A stretch of 64,000 nucleotides of DNA from Sphagnum compactum (lineage: Eukaryota). A program made the translations under genes and the position numbers. Positions 25,672 through 37,317 of the stretch are shown piece by piece. Position 1 is the first letter of the stretch. The number at the start of each line of letters is the position of its first letter. The stretch spans positions 8,484,213 through 8,548,212 of the forward strand of contig OZ234493.1 in the NCBI GenBank assembly GCA_965153455.1, given 5' to 3'. Below the pieces are notes generated by a model. It saw only the letters and a program-made list of their open reading frames with translations. It was not told the origin of the DNA and searched no databases.

Positions 25672-27475
25672 CTTTGAAAAGGAAGGAATGTTCCTTAACC
25701 ATAAACCTAGCAATTATGACTAAAGTTACAAAAGCCTAACTCCCTAAATAACATGTTGAGGTGATGGTGGTTGTTGGTATGAACCCAACACTAACAAAAA
25801 TTATTGGGAAAGAGGCTTCTTTATAGGCTAGAGGTCCTTCTGGGCTATCAAAGGATCTTAAACCCAAAAGATGCCCAAACATTTGAAGGAGGGAAGAGTA
25901 AAAAGAAATAAGGGATTCTATGAAAGTGGAGGAGGGAGGTGTGCATTATCAGAAATACAATGGCCATTGCACGAAACACTAAGTTAGAATTCCAAAGGTT
26001 ATATGAACATCACCCATTCTAAAAAAGAGGTTCACATGTTGAACATCATTTAGCAAAACATCTTTGATGAAGGATGATGTGAAAGATGAAGTGCCCAATA
26101 GAACCCCTAGACTTTAATTCCTTCTAATGGAGTGGTAAACTGGGATGGGGTGTTGAAGTTAAGCAACAAGCTAAAAGGTGACCATGCTTCATGTTTATAA
26201 GGTTGGATGGAAAGACCTATCACATGAATTTTGATTTGGAAATGTTCATATACAGATGATACAATTGATAGGGGACACATGATGTGAATGTTATCTACAA
26301 TGGATGAAAATAGACCAAAAAAAAAAAAATTAGCTATAGAACATAAAGCCTTAAAATGGGCTAAGTGATAGTGCCCCCCCCCCCAAGGGATCACCTTGAC
26401 GAGTTCCAATGGTAAATGGGGTGACTATGACATCGCCTTCACAATTACGATGATTGTAAAACAGGAGAGATTCAAATGCATAGAATGCACGAACAAATGG
26501 GATGAGTTGTATGATGTTTCCACCTACTACACGAAGTTCTTGAAATATGACCCTTCTTGACACTGAATTAAAGGCATTTGCCATGTCCAATTCAAAAACA
26601 ACCTAAGCAAGGTGAAGGTCCAAGGTGCACATGATGTTGTGGATTATTGTTTCATAACCACCTTTAGTTGTAATTCTAAATTGGTGTGGGGAAAAATGTG
26701 TTGCAAAAGTGTTGTGAAATTTAAAACATAAAGTGGGGCTTATGAGTCAATACAATGTTTCCCCCACTATAATGGGACAAATTCCACTTGAAGGTTTGGT
26801 CATGGCTAATAGGTGGGTCACTCCAAAAACACGTGCAATTTGAGGTGAAATGTGACCATGTGCAATATGAAACCAAAAATGAAACAACTAACAGAATCCA
26901 CTTGTTGAATCTTCCAGTGAAAATAGTCCCGAAGGTGTTCAAACCATCCAAAAGGACCGCTTGCGGATAAATGTGGCATGCATTAAAATGTTCACTTGAA
27001 AGAATCAAAAGAAAGCTCGAAGTCGTGGTCTAGCTTGTAGTCTTCAAAGAAAAGTGGAAAGTGGGTGGTGTTGGAAGACATGGGTGTCTGGGAAAACGGT
27101 GCCAAAACGCGAGTTGTTGAGAATATTCCCTTGCACTTCCAAGAGTTAAATTATAAAAAAAACATTTATGAACTAGAGGATCATGTTGGGGAAAAGGCAT
27201 TGAGTTTGAACTTGCCGCCAAAACTTAGGCCTACAAAAAGAACTCCTCTTACATGTATTCCCAATTACTTGTTAGAAAGTGCATGAGTTGAATCCGCGTT
27301 TCCCTATGCCCTATCATGTCACCACGAGGGGGCAAATTAAGACAACATTGGGGTAACAAGAAGAACAAATGCCAAGTTGCCACATCATAAGGGTCCTTTG
27401 TTAGCTTATCCAATGGAAAACAAAATGCCACTTGTACATCATCCCGCATAGCAATGGGGATGTGGTCATATAGTC
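25672..27475 (-). mobile_element. CRE-like non-LTR retrotransposon, RT region (decayed)
   Basis: DMANAFNSVSRRVIFQEL, GTRQGDPLGG and SIVDNIHI (decayed YxDD), ending at IIARFMVKEHSFLF near 25675. Confidence 0.8.
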
Positions 27476-29145
27476 AAAGATGACAAAAACCTAAATGAAA
27501 GGACCCAAGGACATTTAATGCCGAAACCCAAGTCCAAGTTAATGTAGGTGGGGTGGGAACAAGGGAGGATATTAAGTCGAGATGGTCGCAAGGGTTTGGA
27601 TTAGATGAATTGGATGTTATAACTTCGCTCAACCACAACACAGTTAATGCAACGTTAATAAAAGTGATGCAACATGCACAAAAGGCATCGCTTGAATTAG
27701 GGACTAATTCAAGCATAGGCAATGAAATCTTAACCTTTATTCTTAAATTATAAGAATCAGGTCCTACTCCATTTCAAGATGATTTGCCAGGTGGACCCAT
27801 TACTCAAAGTGAGTTAAGTGGGTTAAACAGAAATAACCACTTATGGTAAAAGGCACTTCAACTAATGTAACTAGAAACAAGACCTTATAGCAAAACCATG
27901 AAGAGGTAGACGCAAAAAAAGACAATCCAAATGTTTCTCAAAGTGCAAGGGCAGACAAAAATAAAAACATCTAGTTGTCACCCCTAACAAGGCCTTTGGA
28001 GTTGTGTAATCAAGAGAAGAAACAAGTCTTTCATAAAAAATCTAATTAGTTAGTATTTGGATTTAATAAAAGGAAGGATCCCCCTAGGTTCAAAACAAGG
28101 AAGAAGATGAAAAAACGGAAGACTATGAAAATGCTCACCCAATAAAATTATATTGCCACTAAGAGGGGAAACCACCTACATAAACATTAGCTTGAATCCC
28201 AGGACCATCTCCGAGGTGGATGTGGTAACCCAAGAGTTATATGATCACTTCAATGTAATTGTTGCAAACTTAATTGGCCTCAACAAATGTGGTGTTGGGA
28301 TGCAAATGAAAACAAAAAAACATGAGGTTGCCTTCGAGACCTCAAGGCTTTCACAAGGGGTGAAACTCTCCAAGTTTCAACCAACCAACCAACCAACCAA
28401 TCCCCACATCAAATTTAAAACACAATGAAAAATCATTTGATGCTATGGGGGGATTTGGAAGGCATGGGCAACTAAATTCACAAGAAGGAATAGGAAGGAA
28501 GGGCTTGAAATGAAAACCCTTCATTGACATCTCTAATATGTTATGAATATATCCACCTTCTTAGTTATAATGTTCATGGGCTGAACAACACCCAAGCAAT
28601 TCTCAAATTAAGTGAGTATGTTCACAGCATCTCCCCAAAAATTGATGGCATGATATTACAAGAACATAACCTTAGAGGGGATAGAGCAAATAACCTAGGT
28701 CGAATCTTGTGGAGGGAGGCTTTTAATTGGACAATTGAAACATCCCTAGGGTATTCTACTAATGATCCAAATTCAAGAGCTAGAAAGGGAGGATTTAATT
28801 CCTTTGTGGTAGGAAAATGGGGCAAGTTAGTCACCTAGACATGCACATTCATGATTAATTGGCTTCATTGGTTTAAAATCTTAAGGGTAAAAGGTGGCAA
28901 CATAGTAGTGGTCAACATCTACGCTCCTAATAACATAGCTAAAAGGTGCGTGCTTTGGGAGTTGATGGTTAAGTACCTACCTAAGGATTGTGGATGGATT
29001 TCGGTAGAATTTCAATATTGTTGAACATCAAGCTAACGATACCAGTGTGTGGGAAATGCATAATTGACAAAGAAAGGTTTTTGTGGGAAACAGTGAAAAA
29101 TTCCTTAAATGTGATGGAGCACCCAAGATCCTCAAATAATCGCAT

Positions 29146-31848
29146 GTAGAAAATGGCCATTTTGCGACTAGTCCATGTGACTAATTTTTAGTTGCAAGCG
29201 ACATTTGCAATTAAAATTTTAATAGTCGCGTTGGACAAGTCGCATTGACATTAGTTGCAAACGACAACGAATTTTGGATGAAAGAAAAGTCAACAAAATA
29301 CGCTTCTATACTGTGACTAGTCATACACGTATTGTCGTTTGCAACTAAGATACGACTTTTTTGGTGAACAATGGGAACAAGTTATGTGTTGCCACGTGTC
29401 CCAACTCTTAATAATTGAAAATATTTTATTATTATTTTGAAATAATCTAAGATTTAATTTTTATGTTTGGATGGTTTAGATTGTGACACGTGGTGAAATA
29501 AAAATTTGCCACGTGGCATATTAATTGATATTTTCCAAATTAAATTTAAATCAATATTTAGGTATGTAGGTTGCATTAAGTACCTACCTATAGACCTACC
29601 TACCCATTTAGGCAAAACACCTATCTAGATAGGACCTATTTACCTACCTAGGCCAAATACCTACTTAGGTAGGTAGGTAGGTAGAAGAATAGGTAGGCAA
29701 GTTAGGGAAGTAGGTAGTTAGGTGTAAATACATGAATATTTATATTTTACTTTGGGTCAAGTCATATTTAATGATTCATCCCATATGCTCATCTATTTTC
29801 ATATGTAAATGTAAGACAAAACACCTTGTTTATATACTTTTCATGATGGGAATGAAAGCCAAAACATATGGGATAAAAATTTTAGTTGCAAGTCGTTTAC
29901 GACTAAAAATGTTCAGTTGCAAACGACTTACAACTAAAAAGTTTATCCCATATGTTTTGGTTATCATTCCCATCTTGAAAAGTATATAATTCAGTAAATA
30001 AGTGACACCTAATTAGTTAACTAATTAACTAATATAATTATTAATTATTTAACGAATGAAATATAAAAAATAAATTAATAAACTTGCTAATTAATTAATT
30101 AACAACTAAACTAGAAACTAACTAATTATTTATAGTAATAATAATCAATATTTTATTATTACTGAATTTATTATATTATTATTAAATATTAATTGATTTA
30201 TTAGTTAGATAAACCATAATATGATATTAACTATAATAATCTATCAACCAATTTAATTAACTAGTAATTGGCTAATATTGAAATATTTAGCTAATTATTA
30301 CTACGTAATAAATTATTATTTCGTAACCAAATAAATTAATATAATAACTGAAATATTCAGTATTTAATTATTAATAACTATTACTTATAAATATTGACTA
30401 TTAGGTTTTTTATATCTAATAATATAATTAAAACCTGGCCTAGGCTAACTATTTTATTATAATTACTCCCATTATTATTTTCATTTATATAGTTAATAGT
30501 AAATATATAAGTAAATATTTAATAGTAAAAATATCATTAATTCAATTATTATTGTAGCTAGTTGGTAGCCAAGGTTAACTATTTTATTATTAGTATTCAT
30601 ATATATTAATTCATTCATTAATTGATTTATGAAATATTACAATAAATATTATATATTTCTAATAATTATATTTTTCCTTCGAAAATAATTTTTGCATTTG
30701 TATAATAATTTATTAGATTTCCATTATAACTAATACAATAATTATTATAAAATATAAAATAATAGAACTGAAAATTAGAAATATACATTAGTAAATGATT
30801 ATAATCATTGACTATTAATAATTAATAAATATCAACTATAAATTTTAAATACAAAAATTTAAAACTATATATTAATATTTCTTAATAATTATTATATTAA
30901 TCTAATAATATTTCATAATTGATTACCTATAATAATAATAAAAATAATGTAATTTGTCACTAGCCTAGGTTAGCTATTTTATTACTATTATTATTATTAC
31001 TATATGTCACTTGTTAGACTATTATGATTTACTATAATTAAGTTTTCATTTTTTTTTAAAATAAAAATTAATTCGTAATAAGTACATTAGTCATTTGAAA
31101 AGAATTTAATAATAATTTAATAATATATTAAAAAAATTATAACTACTTCAATAATTATAGAATTATTTTTTTTATCATTCTAATATCATCATCATTATGA
31201 TCATTATGTAACAATATATTACTGTTTTTAAATTTTAGTTAAAGATAATATTTAAATTTAGTTTTTATTACATGTAATTAATATAAATAAATAAATAAAT
31301 ATAATAATAATAATAATAAATGTCATTTTTAATAATTTTAAGAAGTATAATAAAATGGTTTGGATAAACTTATAATATGGGCACAATATATTTAACAAAT
31401 ATCTTATGTATAATTTGATATACTGAAAATATATACCATTTAATGTAACCATAATATCGAGGCCATTTATGATAATAATAATATTTGAATACACATATAA
31501 TATGGTTGTTCATATACATTCAAATTATACATTTATAAATCCTAATACACCGAACTATATTTTTTAAAATTCACAAAATATACCTTTATATATTTATAGG
31601 TTACAACTAAATTGGTCACATTTGCAACTAATGGGGACATAAATTGTTCTTCTTGGATGAAAACTTAACTAAATGTTGTTCACATGGAAGGATGAACACC
31701 AAATTAGTTGCAAACTAGTTGCACTGTAGTTGCAAATATGACCAACACAAGAAATAGTTGCAAAAATGTCCAAATGTAGTTGCAAATAACTGATAGTCGC
31801 ATGTAGTCGCAAAGAGATTGGTTACATTTTAGCCAATTTCTACTAGTG
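29146..31848. mobile_element. 2.7-kb non-autonomous CACTA element nested in the LINE endonuclease domain
   Basis: Right TIR is the reverse complement of CACTAGTAGAAATTGGC. The left end GTAGAAAATGGCC lacks the first 5 nt. GTTGCAA/GCGACTA subterminal repeats occur at both ends. The LINE frame (PRSSNN | SWVNYRPD) resumes after 31848. Confidence 0.8.
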
Positions 31849-32644
31849 TCATGGGTCAACTATAGACCCGACAAGCAAAGGATCATGGTTCACCTTGATT
31901 GTGTGTACTCCCCAATTGGCGATAATTTCAATCCCAAATACCTTCCAATTGTGTATCTGATTAAAAAGGATAACAACCTCTTAAATCACCTTCCTATTCA
32001 TTCAACCATCTAACTGAACAAGTCAAAAAAGAGGGGGGGAACTTTGAAAATGAACATAAAATATCATAAGGAAGTGGTATAACAAAATCTAACAAATTTG
32101 GAATAATGTTCATGAAGCTACACCTTTTTCTCAAAACTACAAAAGGTCATTTGGTTCTACAAGTAATTTTGTAAGAATAAAGCCTTGGAGTACATAGTCC
32201 AAAAGAAAGACCTTTGGGAAAATTTGGAAAAGGCACATAATGAACTTTAAGAGAATGTCAATGATGCATGTTTACAACAAGTTGGTGTCTTAAACATTAA
32301 ATTGAATGTATTAGAAAATAGGAAGGTTGCTGGTCAAAATATTTGCTCATGGTTTAGGTGGAGGATGAAAGGAAATGCTTGCACCAATGAATTTTTTGCA
32401 GCAGTCAAGGAAAAATCAAGGGCATTAATTGTCACAAAGTTATGGGATAACCATGGCCAAATAACTAGAGAAAGGAAAGAAATGAAAATAATTTGTATGA
32501 ATTTCTACTCCACATTGTATGACGAATGATTCCCTTTAGAAGAAACAATCAAGATCCACAACAAAATTTTAAACTCCATTAAACTTAGCTTCACTAGTAA
32601 AATGAACCATGAACTAGAACATCGTATCACAGAGAAAGAGCTTA

Positions 32645-32798
32645 CACTATTACAAAATGTGGGTGTAGTTCACTAGTCCCCGTTCACTAGATAAGTGAAT
32701 CCACTACTTCTTCACTCGTCCCGATTCACTACAACTAGTGAATTCACTCAAAATCCAGCAAAATCACTTGTTGTACAAGGACACCTTTTGTTGTAATG
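32645..32798. mobile_element. 154-bp miniature CACTA element with TTA target-site duplication
   Basis: TTA|CACTATTACAAAATGTG ... CACCTTTTGTTGTAATG|TTA (13/17 TIR match). Internal TTCACT repeats. It interrupts the LINE at EKEL|RSA. Confidence 0.8.
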
Positions 32799-35044
32799 TT
32801 AGGTCGGCTACTTTGGATGGATGCGGGGAAAGCTCTAGGGGCCAACGGTGTGGCTATTCAAGTTGTCATTCAATTTTGGTCAATTGTAGGGGTTGATTAC
32901 CACAGGATGGTGGTGGAGGTGATCACAGTTGGCAAATTCTGAAGGAGTCACCAAAAGGTTGATAACTCTCTTACACAAAGGGGAGGCACGAGAAGAACAC
33001 TCCGATTGGAAGGCGATTACTCTTTTCAATGTATCTTACAATATTTATGCAAAAATGTTATAAAAAAAGGTTATACAGTACCTTTATGGAAGTGATTAGT
33101 TTTGATAAACATCTTTCCTTCCCCTATGCTACATATTGGACAATGTGTTTCTTGCCCATGAGACCTTAGATTGGGCTAAGAGGTCTAAGTAGTCGTTAAT
33201 CTTGTTTAAATTGGATTTCTCCAAAGCTTATGACAAAATTAGTTGGGATTTTTTGTTCAAAGTGTTAGAGAAGTGAGGTATGTCCTTGAAGGCCATCTTG
33301 ATGATTAAATTATTGTTTGCAAATGCTAAAGCAATTATGAATTTGAATGACCAACTAGTAGATACCTTCAATATCAAAAGGGGTGTTAGGCAAGGGTGCC
33401 CAATGGCCCTTTACCTCTTCATCCTTATATGTGAAATTCTCAATCAACTTGTCAAACAAGCAATAGAACGGGGGAAAGTTTAAGGGGTCATCATGCTAGA
33501 TGGGGTTGGTCAACAAACCATCTCCCAAATGTGGATGACATTTCACGTACAATGTGTGTAGATAGTTTTACACTTTCCAACGTAGTTACCATCCTTAAGG
33601 AATTTGGTACTGCATTAGATTTTGGAATAAATTGGGATAAGAACATAACGTAGTGGTGTGAGAAGGGTGTGATATCACCCTTTGTTTGGGTCGAATCATT
33701 AAGGTGGAAGTGGGCAAAGGAAAAAATATTATCTAAGTTGTTAGGTACTTTTATTGGTTTAAATTTGGATGTAGTTGATGTAAAATCATTCCTAATTGAC
33801 AAAATCAAGAAAAAATTGTCATATTGGTGCTTTGTTCACCTCTCCTTGGTAGGGAAAACGATAATAATTAACTTAGTTTTAGCTTATTCATTGTGGTGTT
33901 TTGGTTCTGTTTGGGGGGGTTCCACCACAGTTTTTAAGAAGATTGGATCATTATTTTGGAACTTCTTGTTGGGAGGAACATAGCACACAGTTAGGTCTAG
34001 GGTACGTTGGATGGGTTGTTATACCAAAAAGTCCATTAGAAGGCTTGGATTACCAAACCTTGAAGAAGTTACGGTCGCATTGCTATGCAAACAAGTGTTA
34101 ACAACCTTGTAGCTAAGCACTTCTAACCTTAAAATACTCCTAAGGCACAAGTTGGCGTAGTCAAAACCTTTGAAACACAAATAGGGGACATCAAGACTTA
34201 ACTTGGCCTCAACCTCAATAGGTTGAAGTGGGTTAGAAAGGTTTAGCTCCTAGGCTATACTACAAAGCAAGGTCGGTAGTGGCTAAAGCCTCATGAGGCT
34301 TTGGAGAAAGGTATAAAGCAAAAGTGGGAGAATGTCCTCACCATGAAGGTTAAGTTGTAATGGAAGGAAGTTTGACACAAGACATGAACTAAGAAAGAAG
34401 CTAGCTTTATTTGGTCAACATGGCACAAAGCTATCACAATGAATGATTGGTGAGTGCTTCCAAACATCAACGCCTGGAGGGCGTGTGAATGGTGGGACTT
34501 GGATATACCAAAGTATTATTCATAGATTCTACAAGTGCCCATCTGTGTGAAGGGCCTGGGAGTGGGCCTTCACAATACTGAAACGAATGCAATCCATTGG
34601 CCCCCAACCCATACCTTGGAAGCTCCCTTCATGGGAACAATGCACTTTTGACAACAAAATTTCCAAACAAGTTTGCAATGGCCATAACATTTGGGTGTTG
34701 CTCAAAGGTATCACATTATGGTTCATTTGGTTTGAACACAATGACTTGGTGTTCTACGTGGAACGGTGGAGAAAAGAGAAGCTTCAGAGGCTTGTGTGTG
34801 GAGGCTCTTCTTGAGTGTGTCATAATAGAGTGGGGGAAGACCCTTGCTTTAATAAGTGTTTTGCCCATTGCTAAGCAGAACTATATTAATTCATTTGACA
34901 AGGCTTGGGGAGGGCAATCCTTACTTTATTGTCAGGATGACATAGACAATGTCAAAAATGTTTCGACTCCCCTTTTAGGGTTAAGCTAGGATTGATTTCA
35001 GCATACAACAGAACTGCCAATTTTCTGAGGTTGGGGTTGAGGCA

Positions 35045-35460
35045 TTAGAGTTATCAGTAAAACACAGCACTGGAACCCTGAGTTTGACCATGATTGGGGG
35101 GAGATTCAGAAAAAAACTTGCAAAAAAGTACACATTAGCATTCAAAGAGGGTGAAACTCATAAAACCATCAATTTTGGTGGTAAACTGAGTTTCATCCTG
35201 CCTTTCCTTGTTCCTGAGCTCCTCCACTAATGCTACATATATTTTCACTGCTCCAGTCTGTGGGACTACTATAATTACACTCTAACCTTATGCATTAAAT
35301 GTTGAGTTTCTGCATTTCATATTGAGATTCAATAAAAGTTCCTTACTTTGCGGATACCATTGAAAGAGGGGATAGGGGATGAAAGACAGGAGGCCCAAAG
35401 AGAGGGTGAAGACACGGTGACTTTCAGGAGAACTGTAATTGCGTTGATTGCACTCCACTT
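35045..35460 (+). repeat. Conserved non-coding element, copy C, upstream of the BBX gene; contains a hairpin at 35148-35199
   Basis: Colinear with copies A and B. AGGGTGAAACTCA pairs with TGAGTTTCATCCT (13 bp including one G-U), and ACCATCAA pairs with TTGGTGGT. Confidence 0.88.
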
Positions 35461-35732
35461 GAACCATCAAAAGAACTTGTACATAATGGCTTTCCATATT
35501 AGAGGAATTCAGTGGATCTCCAAAATAGGGTTTAAGCCAGTGACGATGAAAGACTGCCGTTGCTGCTGTTCATGTAGGTCTCACCAAGCTACAGCTATGA
35601 TGATAGAGTTGTCTAGTACAGGAATGAATGCATAGAGAAGCATTGGCACCCACTTATTATTATTCACATTCTTATTATGACTCAAGTGTCATGGCACCAA
35701 TTTCAAAGTGATGCACTTCCTATGAGGAAGTG

Positions 35733-35824
35733 GGATGAAACTCAGTTTACCACCAAATACCCAAGACAGGATGAAACTCAGTTTACCACCAAATACCCAA
35801 GACAGGATGAAACTCAGGTTACCG
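35733..35824. repeat. ~2.5 tandem copies of a 36-bp unit containing the element's core in inverted orientation
   Basis: GGATGAAACTCAGTTTACCACCAAATACCCAAGACA at 35733 and 35769, with a partial copy at 35805. Confidence 0.9.
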
Positions 35825-36684
35825 AATATTGGGTATTTGGGCCTCCTGACAAAAATTTCTCACATCCAAGATGGCTTGCTTACAATTTCTCAAGCCCCAA
35901 TCACAAACATCAAAACTGGTATTGTAGAAGGTGGGGAGATTACCACCTAATAACAGACGACTTGAACAAATTTGTGTTCCTCCCTTTCTTTCACTTCTGG
36001 ATGGATTGGTGCTTTTGATTAATAAAACTTAAACTAGATTCCATGTTTTTTTCTTCACCACAATCATCACAGTTAAATGCAAAATTGTAATTCTGCCCAC
36101 ACTCATCAGAGAAAACCTCGTAAGGTGGCAGATGGCGACGACAAAAAGCGGTTTTTGCAATAATGAATGAATGAATGAATGAAAGGGTTTTGTTTTCAGA
36201 CTTTTGCTGCGTTCTTCTTTTCCCATGAGAGCTGCTGCTTCCAGGACAAGATTAGGGTTTCACGATTTCAGTGGCAAAGTCTTCAAGAGGGAGTAGAAAT
36301 GTCCGCAAAGACTGCATTTTTTTTGTCGGAGAGGGAAGTGATTTGCTTTGATCCAAGACAAGGTTAGTGTAGCTCAATTGCTTGATTCCCAAGTCATAAT
36401 TCCCCTAGCAGAATGGGAAAGGTGCTGACGAACGACGGCAGAAAGTAGAGAGCAACAGAAGGGAACAACACACCAGGAGGAGTCGGAGGTAGACACTAGA
36501 CACTAGACAGATCTGAGCTTGCGATGGCGAGACCGTTTCCATAGTAGTTGTCTTTCCACAACTGTTTCTGATCATCACCAGCCCCTCGCCAGATTCGGCA
36601 AAGGAGGTCTTTACCGCGACTTCTTGGAGCAGAGATACACAGGGATATATATATAGGAAGGTCTTTGGACTGGAGACAACAACC

Positions 36685-37264
36685 ATGAAGATTCTTTGTG
36701 ATGTGTGTGAGGCGGCAGCAGCTCGCTTGTTCTGTGCAGCAGATGAGGCGGCTCTCTGCCTCAGATGTGACGAGAAGGTATCGCAGAATACTTACTCCCT
36801 TTTCCAATCAGATTCCGAATAGAAGAAGATCATGCCAAGGATCATAGAGTGGGACTCAAAACTTATTACTTGATCTCATAAGATGAACCAGTGGACGACT
36901 TAAATGTTGTCCATTGTTGTCTTCTAAGGAACATTCTTGAGATATGGTTCTGTTTAGCTGCTGGAGTTGCAGACCAATTCCCATTGCAAAGTCCTCATTT
37001 TTGGGCGTTAGGAGGCAAAGCTTGAGTCTCTTGCTACACACTTCAGATATGGTTCCACTAACAAGTCTTTTCTCATAGAAAGAAATTGGTTGAAATCCTC
37101 AATTTTTGTTTGTGCTTTTCTTTTGTGGAATGTGCATGTATACTTTACCTTGTGCTTTATAACGAGCAGGTGCTTTTCTTGGCAAACAACTTTTTAGTGA
37201 GGTCCTTATAGCTAGTATATAAGAAGGGATGTTTGAGGTAGCTTTGCCAGGTATTGAATCCACC

Positions 37265-37317
<53 letters not shown>

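Larger units (their letters stand above)
27490..34990 (+). mobile_element. Decayed L1/Tx1-type LINE (possible ORF1 remnant ~27.5-28.5 kb; ORF2 EN-RT-zf from ~28540), interrupted by two CACTA-type inserts
   Basis: EN: LLSYNVHGLN..MILQEH, VVNIYAPN. RT: GKALGANG, KLDFSKAYDKISWDFL, GVRQGCPMALYLF, VDD. C-terminal SIIHRFYKCP and LWFIWFEHNDLVF. Confidence 0.88.

Noticed and set aside
24345-27475. Twin-priming 5' inversion as the cause of the opposed CRE fragments
   Set aside because: The fragment order does not fit, and unrelated flank plus a Helitron end lie inside the flipped segment. This points to a later genomic inversion.
35148-35199. Hammerhead ribozyme (GAAAC present)
   Set aside because: There is no CUGAnGA core in the required position on either strand.
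35348-35635. Small protein family suggested by similar ORFs at 35348-35635 (+) and 23533-23811 (-) (KEGIG.ER..Q.GED.VT)
   Set aside because: The similarity covers only ~25 codons and follows from the shared DNA element. Frames and ends diverge, and one ORF lacks an ATG start.
35733-35824. CRISPR-like array (36-bp periodicity)
   Set aside because: The units are directly tandem with no variable spacers, there are no cas genes, and the context is eukaryotic.
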